A stretch of DNA of 32,000 bases. Origin: Bacillus subtilis subsp. subtilis str. 168. GTDB lineage: Bacteria > Bacillota > Bacilli > Bacillales > Bacillaceae. The DNA is taken from the NCBI RefSeq assembly GCF_000009045.1, contig NC_000964.3, positions 660,001-692,000 on the forward strand, read 5' to 3'. Shown here in pieces: positions 1-8,600 of this stretch; within the stretch, counting starts at the first letter, position 1, and each line of letters begins with the position of its first letter. The position numbers and the translations under genes were made by a program. The notes under the pieces were generated by a model that saw only the letters and a program-made list of their open reading frames with translations, ran no database searches and was not told the DNA's origin.

Positions 1-564
1 GTATTTGAGGGTGAAACCAAAGTGTATCCGCTAGCATTCTTAGTTTTCGAGAACGATTTTGAATTAAAGGAAAAGGCTGAGGAATTGATTCCAGGAATTG
101 AACTCAAAGAATACCCGCGAGCTAATCAATCCCCAGCCCAGGAAAATAACAAAAGCGCTAAAAATGAAGATGAGGAAAGTGCAAAGAGCTATGTAGTCTT
201 CCTTGATATTGAGGAAGATGGTTCTATTGTGGAATTTGTAGAAGATAAAGACAAAACCTATAGAATTGGTGATATGATTTGGACGGCTTCACATACTAAT
301 GGTTCATCAGCTATCACACGCAGACTGGAAGTAATTGAAGTCGTTGAAAATCTTGTGGTGTGTAAGATAAAACATAAATATAATGAACCTGTTGATAAGA
401 ATTCACTGCTTAAGTTTGTAAATATTGAACAAGATTTGATTTCATTTCTAGACTTACATCCAAATGTCCAAAATGGAAGTGAGGGATTTGTATCTGGGGA
501 CATTGTTGATGAGAACGCTACTACATCATCGGATGACTTACCGGAAGACTTTGAAAATAACTAA
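1..564 (+). CDS. ydiR: C-terminal part of BsuMI-like restriction component YdiR (truncated by window start)
   Basis: Frame is open from base 1 (VFEGETKVYPLAF...) to the TAA ending at 564, so the listed GTG at 22 is not the real start. Directly upstream of ydiS/ydjA homologues. Name from synteny. Confidence 0.75.
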   Translation, partial: VFEGETKVYPLAFLVFENDFELKEKAEELIPGIELKEYPRANQSPAQENNKSAKNEDEESAKSYVVFLDIEEDGSIVEFVEDKDKTYRIGDMIWTASHTNGSSAITRRLEVIEVVENLVVCKIKHKYNEPVDKNSLLKFVNIEQDLISFLDLHPNVQNGSEGFVSGDIVDENATTSSDDLPEDFENN

Positions 565-595
565 GCGATAAACTTTAAATAGGGGAAATGAACTG

Positions 596-1627
596 ATGGA
601 AATATCCAAACAAACTTCAGATTTATTATTGAGCCTAGAAAAGAAAAAAGGCACTTTACCAAAATTCAGCGTTTTACGCAGTATTCCTAGGAATAGGATT
701 ATTTATGGTGCACCAGGAACAGGGAAGAGTAATTATCTAGAAAGGGAAGTGGGAAAGATCTTTGGTGATAATCCATATGTATTCACCCGAGTTACTTTTT
801 TCCCTGGTTATACATATGGACAATTTATAGGTGCTTATAAACCGGTTCCTATATATAAAAAATTAAGCGGTGAGGAAGAGATATTTAGTTCAAACTTTAG
901 GGATAAGATGGAAAACTTTGAGCCAATGATTGATTATCAATTTGTTCCTGGCCCATTTATCGATGTATTAATTAAAGCTCTGAAAAATAGATACACTAAT
1001 TTTATATTAATTATCGAAGAAATTAATCGTGCCAATGCAGCAAGTGTTTTTGGTGATATTTTTCAATTATTAGACAGAAATAAAAACGGTGAAAGTGATT
1101 ATCCTGTTACATTCGGGCCGGACATTATGAATTATTTAGCGAGAAACGGAATTAAAGATGAAATGATTAAGCTACCATCCAATTTCTTTATTTGGGCAAC
1201 TATGAATAATGCGGATCAGGGTGTTTTACCGCTCGATACCGCTTTTAAGAGAAGGTGGTCATTTGAATATTTAGAGTTGGAAAAGTATAGAAAGGCAGTG
1301 GACTCTTGGAAGCTGAGCCTCAGATATAAAGGTCATAATAAAGTAATTATGTGGAATGATTTCCGAGACATTATTAATAAGCGTCTTAAAGGAAAAGTAC
1401 CAGAGGATAAGCTGCTTGGACCTTTTTTCCTGAAAGAAAGTGAACTGTGGAATCAGAATGTATTTAAAAATAAACTGCTTTATTATTTGAAGGAAGATGT
1501 TTTCAAGCATAATCCAACGATTGATTTTTTAAATGCTAGTACTTTCTCTGAGCTAATTGAAAAATATGATGGCTCGGATAACATTTTTACTTTTGACATA
1601 GATGATTCGTCTTTTGTGAGTGATTAA
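596..1627 (+). CDS. ydiS: McrB-like AAA+ NTPase, BsuMI-like restriction component YdiS
   Basis: 343 aa ORF with Walker A GAPGTGKSN, Walker B-like FILIIEEINRAN, and NNAD sensor motif typical of McrB-family GTPases/AAA_5. Confidence 0.9.
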   Translation: MEISKQTSDLLLSLEKKKGTLPKFSVLRSIPRNRIIYGAPGTGKSNYLEREVGKIFGDNPYVFTRVTFFPGYTYGQFIGAYKPVPIYKKLSGEEEIFSSNFRDKMENFEPMIDYQFVPGPFIDVLIKALKNRYTNFILIIEEINRANAASVFGDIFQLLDRNKNGESDYPVTFGPDIMNYLARNGIKDEMIKLPSNFFIWATMNNADQGVLPLDTAFKRRWSFEYLELEKYRKAVDSWKLSLRYKGHNKVIMWNDFRDIINKRLKGKVPEDKLLGPFFLKESELWNQNVFKNKLLYYLKEDVFKHNPTIDFLNASTFSELIEKYDGSDNIFTFDIDDSSFVSD

Positions 1628-1629
1628 CT

Positions 1630-3027
1630 ATGGATAAGTCAAGTAAGTTCTTCTTTGAAGATCAAAAATACAATAAAGAAAGGATTGTACGTGTACTCGG
1701 TGGTAATTTAGCTTTACTCAAAAGTAAAGGTATATTATATGAAGATTCTAGTGGGGATTTAATATTTAACTATGTAGGTGTTATATCTAATGGGCGCAAT
1801 GTAATATTCATTTTGCCTAAATACTGTAACAGGCACTTAGATGAACATTCAAAGCGGACTTTGTTTAATAAGTTGCTGAAGATTTTTAAAAAATATTCAG
1901 GTTTAAATAAAAGCCGGGAATCTGATTATTTCGTATCGGAGCTAGATAGTGATGAAGTCTCCGACTTTATGATAGCAGATTATTTGCTTAATGATTTCTC
2001 ATTGAATGGGTATTATCAAAAAAAATTTACTGAATATGAAATTGATGGAGAAGGAATTATAGATTGGAGTAAGACAGTTAATGAAATTACCCCAGTATTC
2101 TCAAAGGGAGTTCCATATTATTTCAGTACTTATAATGAAGTGGTACAAAAAGACGAGTATCACTTGATAGTTAAAATTCATAAATGGGCTTTAAGTAAAT
2201 ATTTTAATGATTTCGGAGTCATTTTAGGTTTTACGGGACTAGAATTTGATAAATCCTGTGATGGTATGAAAATTTTGGACTACGCTGATTTTTTTGGCTC
2301 AGTAATAAATAAAGAAATCGTGAACACATATGTTGATCGTGACGTTAAATTGTTAAAGGCATTGAAAACCGCAATTGATAGGGAAGAGAATCAGTTTTCT
2401 AAACGACCCACTCTTTCTCTGTATGGAACAAAATACTTTCACAGAGTATGGGAGGAAGTATGTAAGACCGTATTTTCCCATGTTAATGAATACGTAAAAA
2501 AGATATCAAGGCCAAATTGGATTAACTTTACGGATATAGAGGTTAATAAAGAGAAAAAAACACTAGAACCCGATATTATTAAGGCTTTCGAATACCGTTC
2601 AAAAGAATACTTTTTAATATTAGATGCTAAATATTATAATATAAATTTTGACGGAAAAAAGCTGGAGGGGAATCCTGGGGTTGAAGATATAACTAAGCAG
2701 CTGTTATATGATAAGGCACTTGAAAAACTGTCCAGAGGTAAAACAAAACATAATGCTTTTCTGTTTCCTTCCTCTAATTCAACCAATACCTTTAAAGTAT
2801 TTGGTTCTGTTGATTTTGATTTTCTTGATATAGCCGCTGTAACTCTTGTTTATATTTCTGCTGAACAAGTTTATAACTTATATCTTGAAAATAAAACATT
2901 TTCCACTGATGACTTATTTAAATTTGTAAGTGAAATTAATAAGTCAAAAAAACGACATAGCGTTATAACTTCAACATTGTATGGTAATATGTTTTTGTTT
3001 ACAAAAAGATTAAGTGATAAAAATTAG
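1630..3027 (+). CDS. ydjA: BsuMI/LlaJI-like restriction component YdjA, putative PD-(D/E)XK nuclease
   Basis: 465 aa ORF starting 2 nt after the ydiS stop; C-terminal EYFLILDAKYYN fits a D-x-K nuclease core, as in McrC/LlaJI partners of McrB-like ATPases. Confidence 0.85.
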   Translation: MDKSSKFFFEDQKYNKERIVRVLGGNLALLKSKGILYEDSSGDLIFNYVGVISNGRNVIFILPKYCNRHLDEHSKRTLFNKLLKIFKKYSGLNKSRESDYFVSELDSDEVSDFMIADYLLNDFSLNGYYQKKFTEYEIDGEGIIDWSKTVNEITPVFSKGVPYYFSTYNEVVQKDEYHLIVKIHKWALSKYFNDFGVILGFTGLEFDKSCDGMKILDYADFFGSVINKEIVNTYVDRDVKLLKALKTAIDREENQFSKRPTLSLYGTKYFHRVWEEVCKTVFSHVNEYVKKISRPNWINFTDIEVNKEKKTLEPDIIKAFEYRSKEYFLILDAKYYNINFDGKKLEGNPGVEDITKQLLYDKALEKLSRGKTKHNAFLFPSSNSTNTFKVFGSVDFDFLDIAAVTLVYISAEQVYNLYLENKTFSTDDLFKFVSEINKSKKRHSVITSTLYGNMFLFTKRLSDKN

Positions 3028-3203
3028 TTCTAGAAGGTTAAAAGCCGATAACATAATACTTGTCCTCGGTTTTGTCCTCCTATAGTTTTAAAAATATTTA
3101 TCAGCATTAAATGTTAAGTCTAAAAAACAGTATTTTGAGCTGGTTTTTTTAATACTATTTTCAACTGTTATTAGTCGGAATGAATGGGTTGCATGATGTA
3201 AAA

Positions 3204-3239
3204 CCGACAAAAAACTCTTGATAAACAGGGGTTTGTCGG
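3204..3239. repeat. Inverted repeat CCGACAAA...TTTGTCGG in the ydjA-ydjB gap
   Basis: 8 bp perfect arms (3204-3211 and 3232-3239) with a 20 nt loop. Confidence 0.6.
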
Positions 3240-3289
3240 CAACGGACTTTTATTTTTGATGCCCTTTTGGCCATTTGCAAATTTTCAAG

Positions 3290-3331
3290 GCTTCTCATGA
3301 GTTCACCGAACTTGTGAGAAGCTTCTTTTTT
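3290..3331 (+). terminator. Strong stem-loop followed by T tract (terminator or 3' end of a small RNA)
   Basis: GCTTCTCATGAGTTC-acc-GAACTTGTGAGAAGC pairs over 15 positions, allowing two G-U wobbles, followed by TTCTTTTTT. Confidence 0.6.
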
Positions 3332-3600
3332 GATGTATAAATAAACATGTGTAGTGTGTACAAGCTTACATGGCATTTCATTTATGGACCGCTTCTCTCT
3401 CTATTGCAGACAGGATACCCTATTGGTATACTCTCATACGACACAAAAAAGACCCAGTTATCTAAATAAGTAGTGCCACCCACTCTTAGACTGTTTCCCC
3501 TAGAAAAGCACTGTCAAAGAGGAATCCTGTTAAATCTTGTGCTTCTTTGCTTTTTTAGCTAAAAGACGATGTTTTCCTTGCAATAAGGAACTCGTCTTTT

Positions 3601-3936
3601 ATGTTAAATATAAAGAGCGACAGAATAATGACATCTGATCCCCAAAAATTCACTGTCGATGGAGTTAGATTCTTCCAACAGTACCTTAATAAAATCCGTC
3701 CCGACGCTATGGAGATAGACAACCTAATTATCAACTCTGATATTATCAAGGAGGACTTAATAGTGCATGTCTCAAAAATGATAGATCGTTTGGCTTTATA
3801 TGATTTACACAGAAAAAGAAGCATAGATAAACATTTTTCTGCTGCTTTTACAGTCGATATCAATGATAGAGAGGAATTTTACAGTGCAAATATAGCTGAT
3901 GTTTCAATTGATTTGAATGAATCTAGTGGTGTTTAA
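3601..3936 (+). CDS. ydjB: Hypothetical protein YdjB
   Basis: 111 aa ORF with coherent protein-like composition; the opposite-strand 3555..3863 ORF is less plausible. Name from synteny. Confidence 0.6.
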   Translation: MLNIKSDRIMTSDPQKFTVDGVRFFQQYLNKIRPDAMEIDNLIINSDIIKEDLIVHVSKMIDRLALYDLHRKRSIDKHFSAAFTVDINDREEFYSANIADVSIDLNESSGV

Positions 3937-3952
3937 TTGAATCTCATATTCT

Positions 3953-4117
3953 TCAGAAGAACCATTCAATACTTCTTGAACAATATTTAAAGTATTCATC
4001 AGCTTCCTCTACTGAAACAATATCTTCAATGAAATCGGAAAAGTATTCTAGTTCTGTTCTTGTTGGAAGAACTATTCTTAAGTATCCTAAAGGGTCTCTT
4101 TTAAATGAATATACCAT
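3953..4117 (-). CDS. Small ORF (54 aa), hypothetical or gene remnant
   Basis: Manual codon-by-codon reading: MVYSFKRDPLGYLRIVLPTRTELEYFSDFIEDIVSVEEADEYFKYCSRSIEWFF*. AAAGGAAAG lies upstream but spacing is long (about 13 nt). Not in the supplied ORF track. Confidence 0.45.
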   Translation of the reverse strand: MVYSFKRDPLGYLRIVLPTRTELEYFSDFIEDIVSVEEADEYFKYCSRSIEWFF

Positions 4118-4141
4118 GATAAATCAGTCTTTCCTTTCTGT

Positions 4142-4669
4142 TTATTCTTAGTTAATATTGATCGTACAATTGAGTCGACAAGACAGGCTATTGTAGATTT
4201 ACGGGCGTTCATTCACTGGATAAAAGCAAATAAAAAAGGGCCTGTTATCATAGTCGGAGTAAGCCTTGGGGGATGGGTTACTAATCTAATTGCTACCCTG
4301 GAATCGAAAATTGATGTAGTGGTATCTATCTTTTATGCCAATCGCCTTTCTTATTCGATATGGAACACGATCCCAGGTAAATACATAAGAGAAGAATTAG
4401 AACAAAATGGTGTGACCTATAATGAGTTAATAAAATATTGGGATATCACAGATCCTAGTCAAGCCTTGCCGAAAGTTAATAAAGATAACGTACTGCTGAT
4501 TTCTGCTAAACATGATCAATATATTGACTTGAAAGATGCAGATTATTTATGGGAAAGTTGGGGGAGACCTACAAGATATGTCTACAATTGTGGTCATTCC
4601 GGTATTGTTCTTTGTCGCAAAAAGCTGGCAAATGATACGCTTTCCTTTATACGAGAAAAACTGGTTTGA
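4142..4669 (+). pseudogene. ydjC: Truncated alpha/beta hydrolase (YdjC), missing its N-terminal part
   Basis: Frame of the listed 4319..4669 ORF is open well upstream: ...IESTRQAIVDLRAFIHWIKANKKGPVIIVGVSLGGWVTNLIATLESKIDVVVSIFYANRLSY. Contains a G-x-S-x-G nucleophile elbow (GVSLG) and a downstream WGRPTRYVYNCGHSG histidine region. Confidence 0.6.
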
Positions 4670-4695
4670 TACATTTGTAGACTTTAATAAGAAAC

Positions 4696-4727
4696 GAAAG
4701 GCCAACTGCGACTTCAGTTGGCCTTTC
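4696..4727. terminator. Putative bidirectional terminator between ydjC and gutR
   Basis: GAAAGGCCAACTG-cgactt-CAGTTGGCCTTTC, 13 bp perfect stem between convergent genes. Confidence 0.75.
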
Positions 4728-4774
4728 CTATTTATAATAAAGAAATTGAGTGAGATTGCTGACAGAACTACGTA

Positions 4775-7264
4775 CTACTCGTTTTCTTTAGTTGCCCTTG
4801 CTAATCGTTCAACCTCTCCCCGAATCCCAATCGCAGGCTCCCACGAATCAATCAAACGAATCGCCTTCTGATTAGATTCCACCGCTTTCGTTTTCTCTCC
4901 TTTACGATACAACAGCTGCGCCATTCCGTAGTGATAGTAGATCAGTTCAACTTGATTGGCGTTATGTTTGTCATAGAGCATTTGCTCAAAGGCTTCTTCC
5001 GCTTTTTCAAACTGATCACATTTCACGTAAGCGACACCCAGATTGAAATAGGCTTCTATCGTTTTTTCGCCGCCGTATGTGGAGCTGATTTCATTTGCCG
5101 CTTCGTATAATTGAATGGCTTCTACATGATAACCTCTCGCAAAGCTTAAGTCACCGCGAACCAATAGAACTCTGTGTTGAATGGTAGGGGAAATCGGTTG
5201 ATTTTCGATTTCGTTTAAAATTGTCTCTGCTTTTTCCTGTTGCCCGTCTTTTAAAAACAGCCTTGCTTTGAGTGCATGTCCCCAAACCTTTAGATCATAG
5301 GCATCGTGAGCGTCTGATTGTTCAAGAATCTTCAGCCCGGCTTCTATTTGCTGAAGCGCTCCGTCTAAATCATTGACTTCCATCAATGCCCAGCCTGAGG
5401 TGTCGATTCGGAAGTACGCTTCTCGTGTGTGTTGGCCTAAGTGATGGGCGGCGTCGGCCGCTTTGCGTCCGTATTCGATTCGCAGGGGCAGGTTGATTCT
5501 GCTTAGAAAATGGCTAATGCGGGTGATGAGTTCGATTAGGATTTCTTTTTGTTCAGTTTCACTTGCCCATTGGATGACCTTTAAGATGTTTGGCCATTCT
5601 TGTTTCATTTGATCTAAGTTCCGTCCCAGCAGGTAGCTCCAATAGATAGAGTTGGGCTGTTCCCGCTTTAAATGGGTTTCGGCATAATCAATATAATAGT
5701 GCGCCCAGCGATTGCGGGCTTCTTTTTCATATTCGTGCTGTTCGGACAAGTGCTGTTCTCCGTAAGCGACAACGGTTTGGTGCGCTAAGTATTGTGTCCT
5801 GCCTTGGCTTCGTTCCGGCTGAATCAGCGCATATGACCGCATTTGTTCCATAGCGTAATGAAAACGGCGGGCGTCTAATCCGGCTGCTGCCGCCAGGCTT
5901 TTTTCATCAGGCGGCTTGCTGAAAAAGCAAAGCGTCTGCCAGAGCTTTCGCGTATCTTCATTGCATCTATCCCAGGTGCGGCCAAAGAGGAATTCAAACA
6001 ATTCCAGCAGTGAGTAGCCTGCTTTTCCAAGCTCATGAATCAGCTGCTGAGCGGGGATGTCATCGTCTGACATATAGGCAATGCTGAGTGCCATGGCTTT
6101 CGGGTTTCCGGCAGTCGCTGAAATGAATTCGTTTTTCAGGTCAGATGATAGATGTAACAGCTGCTCCAGCTTTTCCCGTTTACGTGGGAGGTTGCATGTT
6201 TGTAAGCAGTGATGCACTTCTTGTTGAAAAAATTCGTGGGCATCTGTTTGGTCAAGACCGCTTAGCTGAATGGCTGTCATTTCTCCGAAGCTTTCCCGAT
6301 AAGTTTGCTTTACGTTTTCCCGCGCTGTAAGGAGAACTTTTACGCCTTGCGGAAGGCTGGTGATAAATTCATGAATGTCACGTTCTGCAGTATCAATGCT
6401 GTCAACGATCAGCAGGATCGGTTTTTCTCTAGTGTAATTGGCTAACGCATTGCGGACGACAAACCGTTTTACATTGATTGATTTATCGATTTGTTCTTTG
6501 CGTCCGAGCTGATAGGCGATCGTATTTAAAAAATCGCTAAAGCTTAATCCTTTCCAATCAGCGCTGACCCAGATGATGCTGTTGAATGCCGGCCAAACTG
6601 AAGTATCGTCGACACAGGAATAGGCGGCTTCAAGAGCAATTGTGGTTTTTCCCATGCCGGCCCAGCCGGTGATTAAACAGACTGGTGATGGAGAAAGCAT
6701 CCATTGCCGTATCGCTTCCATATCAAAGCTGCGTCCGATAAAGCGTCCGGACCAGCGTGAGGGTAAATTATGCGTGATGGGCTGTTCTGTAAGCGCATTC
6801 GTTTCTTGGCCGGGTCTGTCATGAAACAGCCGTTTTACTACATTTTCAATTTCGCCTTCACTCGGAGCCCCGAATAATCCGTCTTTTCGCAGTATTTTCG
6901 CTTTTTTCAAACAGGATGCTGCCCATACAGGCAATGCGGGTTTGATGACTGGGATAGTGGTGGCTTCCAGCAAGTCGGTCAACCACTCGATATCCAAGTC
7001 GGTCTTTTCGAGAATGATCCAGATCATTCCGAACAGTTTTCCGTCGTCGATTCTTCCGGGAATGTAGTTTGCCCCCATCTGTCCGATCCAGCTTTTGATC
7101 GTGTTTGGGGAGACTCCCAGCTGGAGTGCGATTTTATCTATGTAAGACTGTCCTGTTTTTTCATTCTTTTTCCTTCTGACTTTATAATCAGGATGAAGTT
7201 TTAGCGTTTTGACGCCAGGTGCCAGCATTTGTGCAAATTGTTTTCGGTTTTCAAGTTCAGCCAT
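4775..7264 (-). CDS. gutR: Glucitol operon transcriptional activator GutR (HTH + NB-ARC/STAND NTPase + TPR-like repeats)
   Basis: 829 aa; P-loop GWAGMGKTTIA, NB-ARC features (ILLIVDSIDT, GNPKAMALSI), C-terminal helical repeats; divergent from gutB. Confidence 0.93.
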   Translation of the reverse strand: MAELENRKQFAQMLAPGVKTLKLHPDYKVRRKKNEKTGQSYIDKIALQLGVSPNTIKSWIGQMGANYIPGRIDDGKLFGMIWIILEKTDLDIEWLTDLLEATTIPVIKPALPVWAASCLKKAKILRKDGLFGAPSEGEIENVVKRLFHDRPGQETNALTEQPITHNLPSRWSGRFIGRSFDMEAIRQWMLSPSPVCLITGWAGMGKTTIALEAAYSCVDDTSVWPAFNSIIWVSADWKGLSFSDFLNTIAYQLGRKEQIDKSINVKRFVVRNALANYTREKPILLIVDSIDTAERDIHEFITSLPQGVKVLLTARENVKQTYRESFGEMTAIQLSGLDQTDAHEFFQQEVHHCLQTCNLPRKREKLEQLLHLSSDLKNEFISATAGNPKAMALSIAYMSDDDIPAQQLIHELGKAGYSLLELFEFLFGRTWDRCNEDTRKLWQTLCFFSKPPDEKSLAAAAGLDARRFHYAMEQMRSYALIQPERSQGRTQYLAHQTVVAYGEQHLSEQHEYEKEARNRWAHYYIDYAETHLKREQPNSIYWSYLLGRNLDQMKQEWPNILKVIQWASETEQKEILIELITRISHFLSRINLPLRIEYGRKAADAAHHLGQHTREAYFRIDTSGWALMEVNDLDGALQQIEAGLKILEQSDAHDAYDLKVWGHALKARLFLKDGQQEKAETILNEIENQPISPTIQHRVLLVRGDLSFARGYHVEAIQLYEAANEISSTYGGEKTIEAYFNLGVAYVKCDQFEKAEEAFEQMLYDKHNANQVELIYYHYGMAQLLYRKGEKTKAVESNQKAIRLIDSWEPAIGIRGEVERLARATKENE

Positions 7265-7465
7265 AAGCCTGCACCTCCTATTAGTACTATTTTATCAATC
7301 CAGCGTTTTTTGTATATGAAAAAATAAAAGTACAGTGCCGCTGTCCTTTTATACAGCAGGAAAGGCTGTTGAACGTGTTAAAAAGCAGATAAAATGGGGG
7401 CAGTAACAGAGAAAACAAAAATGTATGCACTTACATTTTATTTTCTAAAGAAAGGAACTTGCCAA

Positions 7466-8527
7466 ATGACTCACACAGTACCTCAAAACATGAAAGCGGC
7501 TGTTATGCACAACACAAGAGAGATCAAAATTGAAACATTGCCTGTGCCTGATATCAATCATGATGAAGTGTTGATTAAGGTGATGGCTGTCGGAATTTGC
7601 GGATCTGATCTGCATTACTATACAAATGGCCGAATAGGCAACTATGTTGTGGAAAAACCATTTATCCTTGGGCATGAATGTGCGGGTGAAATTGCCGCTG
7701 TCGGATCATCTGTCGATCAATTCAAGGTGGGAGACCGCGTCGCTGTAGAGCCGGGTGTTACGTGCGGACGCTGTGAGGCGTGCAAAGAAGGACGCTATAA
7801 TCTTTGCCCGGATGTACAGTTTTTGGCTACACCGCCGGTAGACGGTGCGTTTGTCCAATATATTAAAATGCGTCAGGACTTTGTTTTTTTAATCCCAGAC
7901 TCACTTTCTTATGAAGAAGCTGCTTTGATCGAGCCGTTTTCTGTCGGTATCCATGCGGCGGCCAGAACGAAGCTACAGCCCGGATCAACGATTGCGATTA
8001 TGGGGATGGGCCCTGTTGGGTTAATGGCTGTTGCCGCAGCTAAAGCATTTGGGGCAGGCACAATCATTGTCACCGACTTAGAGCCGCTGCGGTTAGAAGC
8101 TGCGAAAAAAATGGGAGCGACTCACATTATTAATATACGTGAACAGGATGCACTTGAAGAGATTAAAACGATCACGAATGATAGAGGCGTTGATGTTGCT
8201 TGGGAAACAGCAGGGAATCCAGCGGCATTGCAATCCGCACTGGCTTCTGTGCGCCGGGGCGGAAAATTGGCGATTGTCGGTTTGCCTTCACAGAACGAGA
8301 TTCCGCTCAACGTGCCGTTTATTGCGGATAATGAGATTGATATTTACGGGATCTTCCGTTATGCCAATACGTATCCAAAGGGAATCGAATTTCTTGCTTC
8401 AGGCATTGTGGACACGAAGCATCTAGTAACGGACCAATATTCGCTGGAGCAGACGCAAGATGCGATGGAGCGGGCGCTTCAATTTAAGAATGAATGTTTA
8501 AAAGTGATGGTGTATCCAAATCGCTGA
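7466..8527 (+). CDS. gutB: Sorbitol (glucitol) dehydrogenase GutB
   Basis: 353 aa from the ATG at 7466, preceded by AAAGGAA. Zinc-type MDR motifs GHECAGEIAAVG and CGRCEACKEGRYNLC. The 7394 start of the track ORF is an N-terminal over-extension. Confidence 0.95.
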   Translation: MTHTVPQNMKAAVMHNTREIKIETLPVPDINHDEVLIKVMAVGICGSDLHYYTNGRIGNYVVEKPFILGHECAGEIAAVGSSVDQFKVGDRVAVEPGVTCGRCEACKEGRYNLCPDVQFLATPPVDGAFVQYIKMRQDFVFLIPDSLSYEEAALIEPFSVGIHAAARTKLQPGSTIAIMGMGPVGLMAVAAAKAFGAGTIIVTDLEPLRLEAAKKMGATHIINIREQDALEEIKTITNDRGVDVAWETAGNPAALQSALASVRRGGKLAIVGLPSQNEIPLNVPFIADNEIDIYGIFRYANTYPKGIEFLASGIVDTKHLVTDQYSLEQTQDAMERALQFKNECLKVMVYPNR

Positions 8528-8600
8528 GTGAACAGGGAGGATCTTCGTATTCTCCCTCTTGTTTACTGGAAATGAAAACGGATTCTTGGGGTGGGAAATG

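Noticed and set aside
3161-3376. 71 aa minus-strand ORF MPCKLVHTTHVYLYIKKEASHK...
   Set aside because: No convincing RBS seen, and it overlaps both hairpins; the structured-DNA explanation is at least as good.
3555-3863. 102 aa minus-strand ORF
   Set aside because: Antisense to most of ydjB, with no supporting signals and less protein-like composition.
4536-4871. 111 aa plus-strand ORF spanning ydjC 3' end and gutR 3' end
   Set aside because: Crosses a strong bidirectional terminator and is out of frame or antisense to two better-supported genes.
7394-7465. N-terminal extension of GutB in the ORF track
   Set aside because: The ATG at 7466 has a good RBS and gives the expected 353 aa protein.
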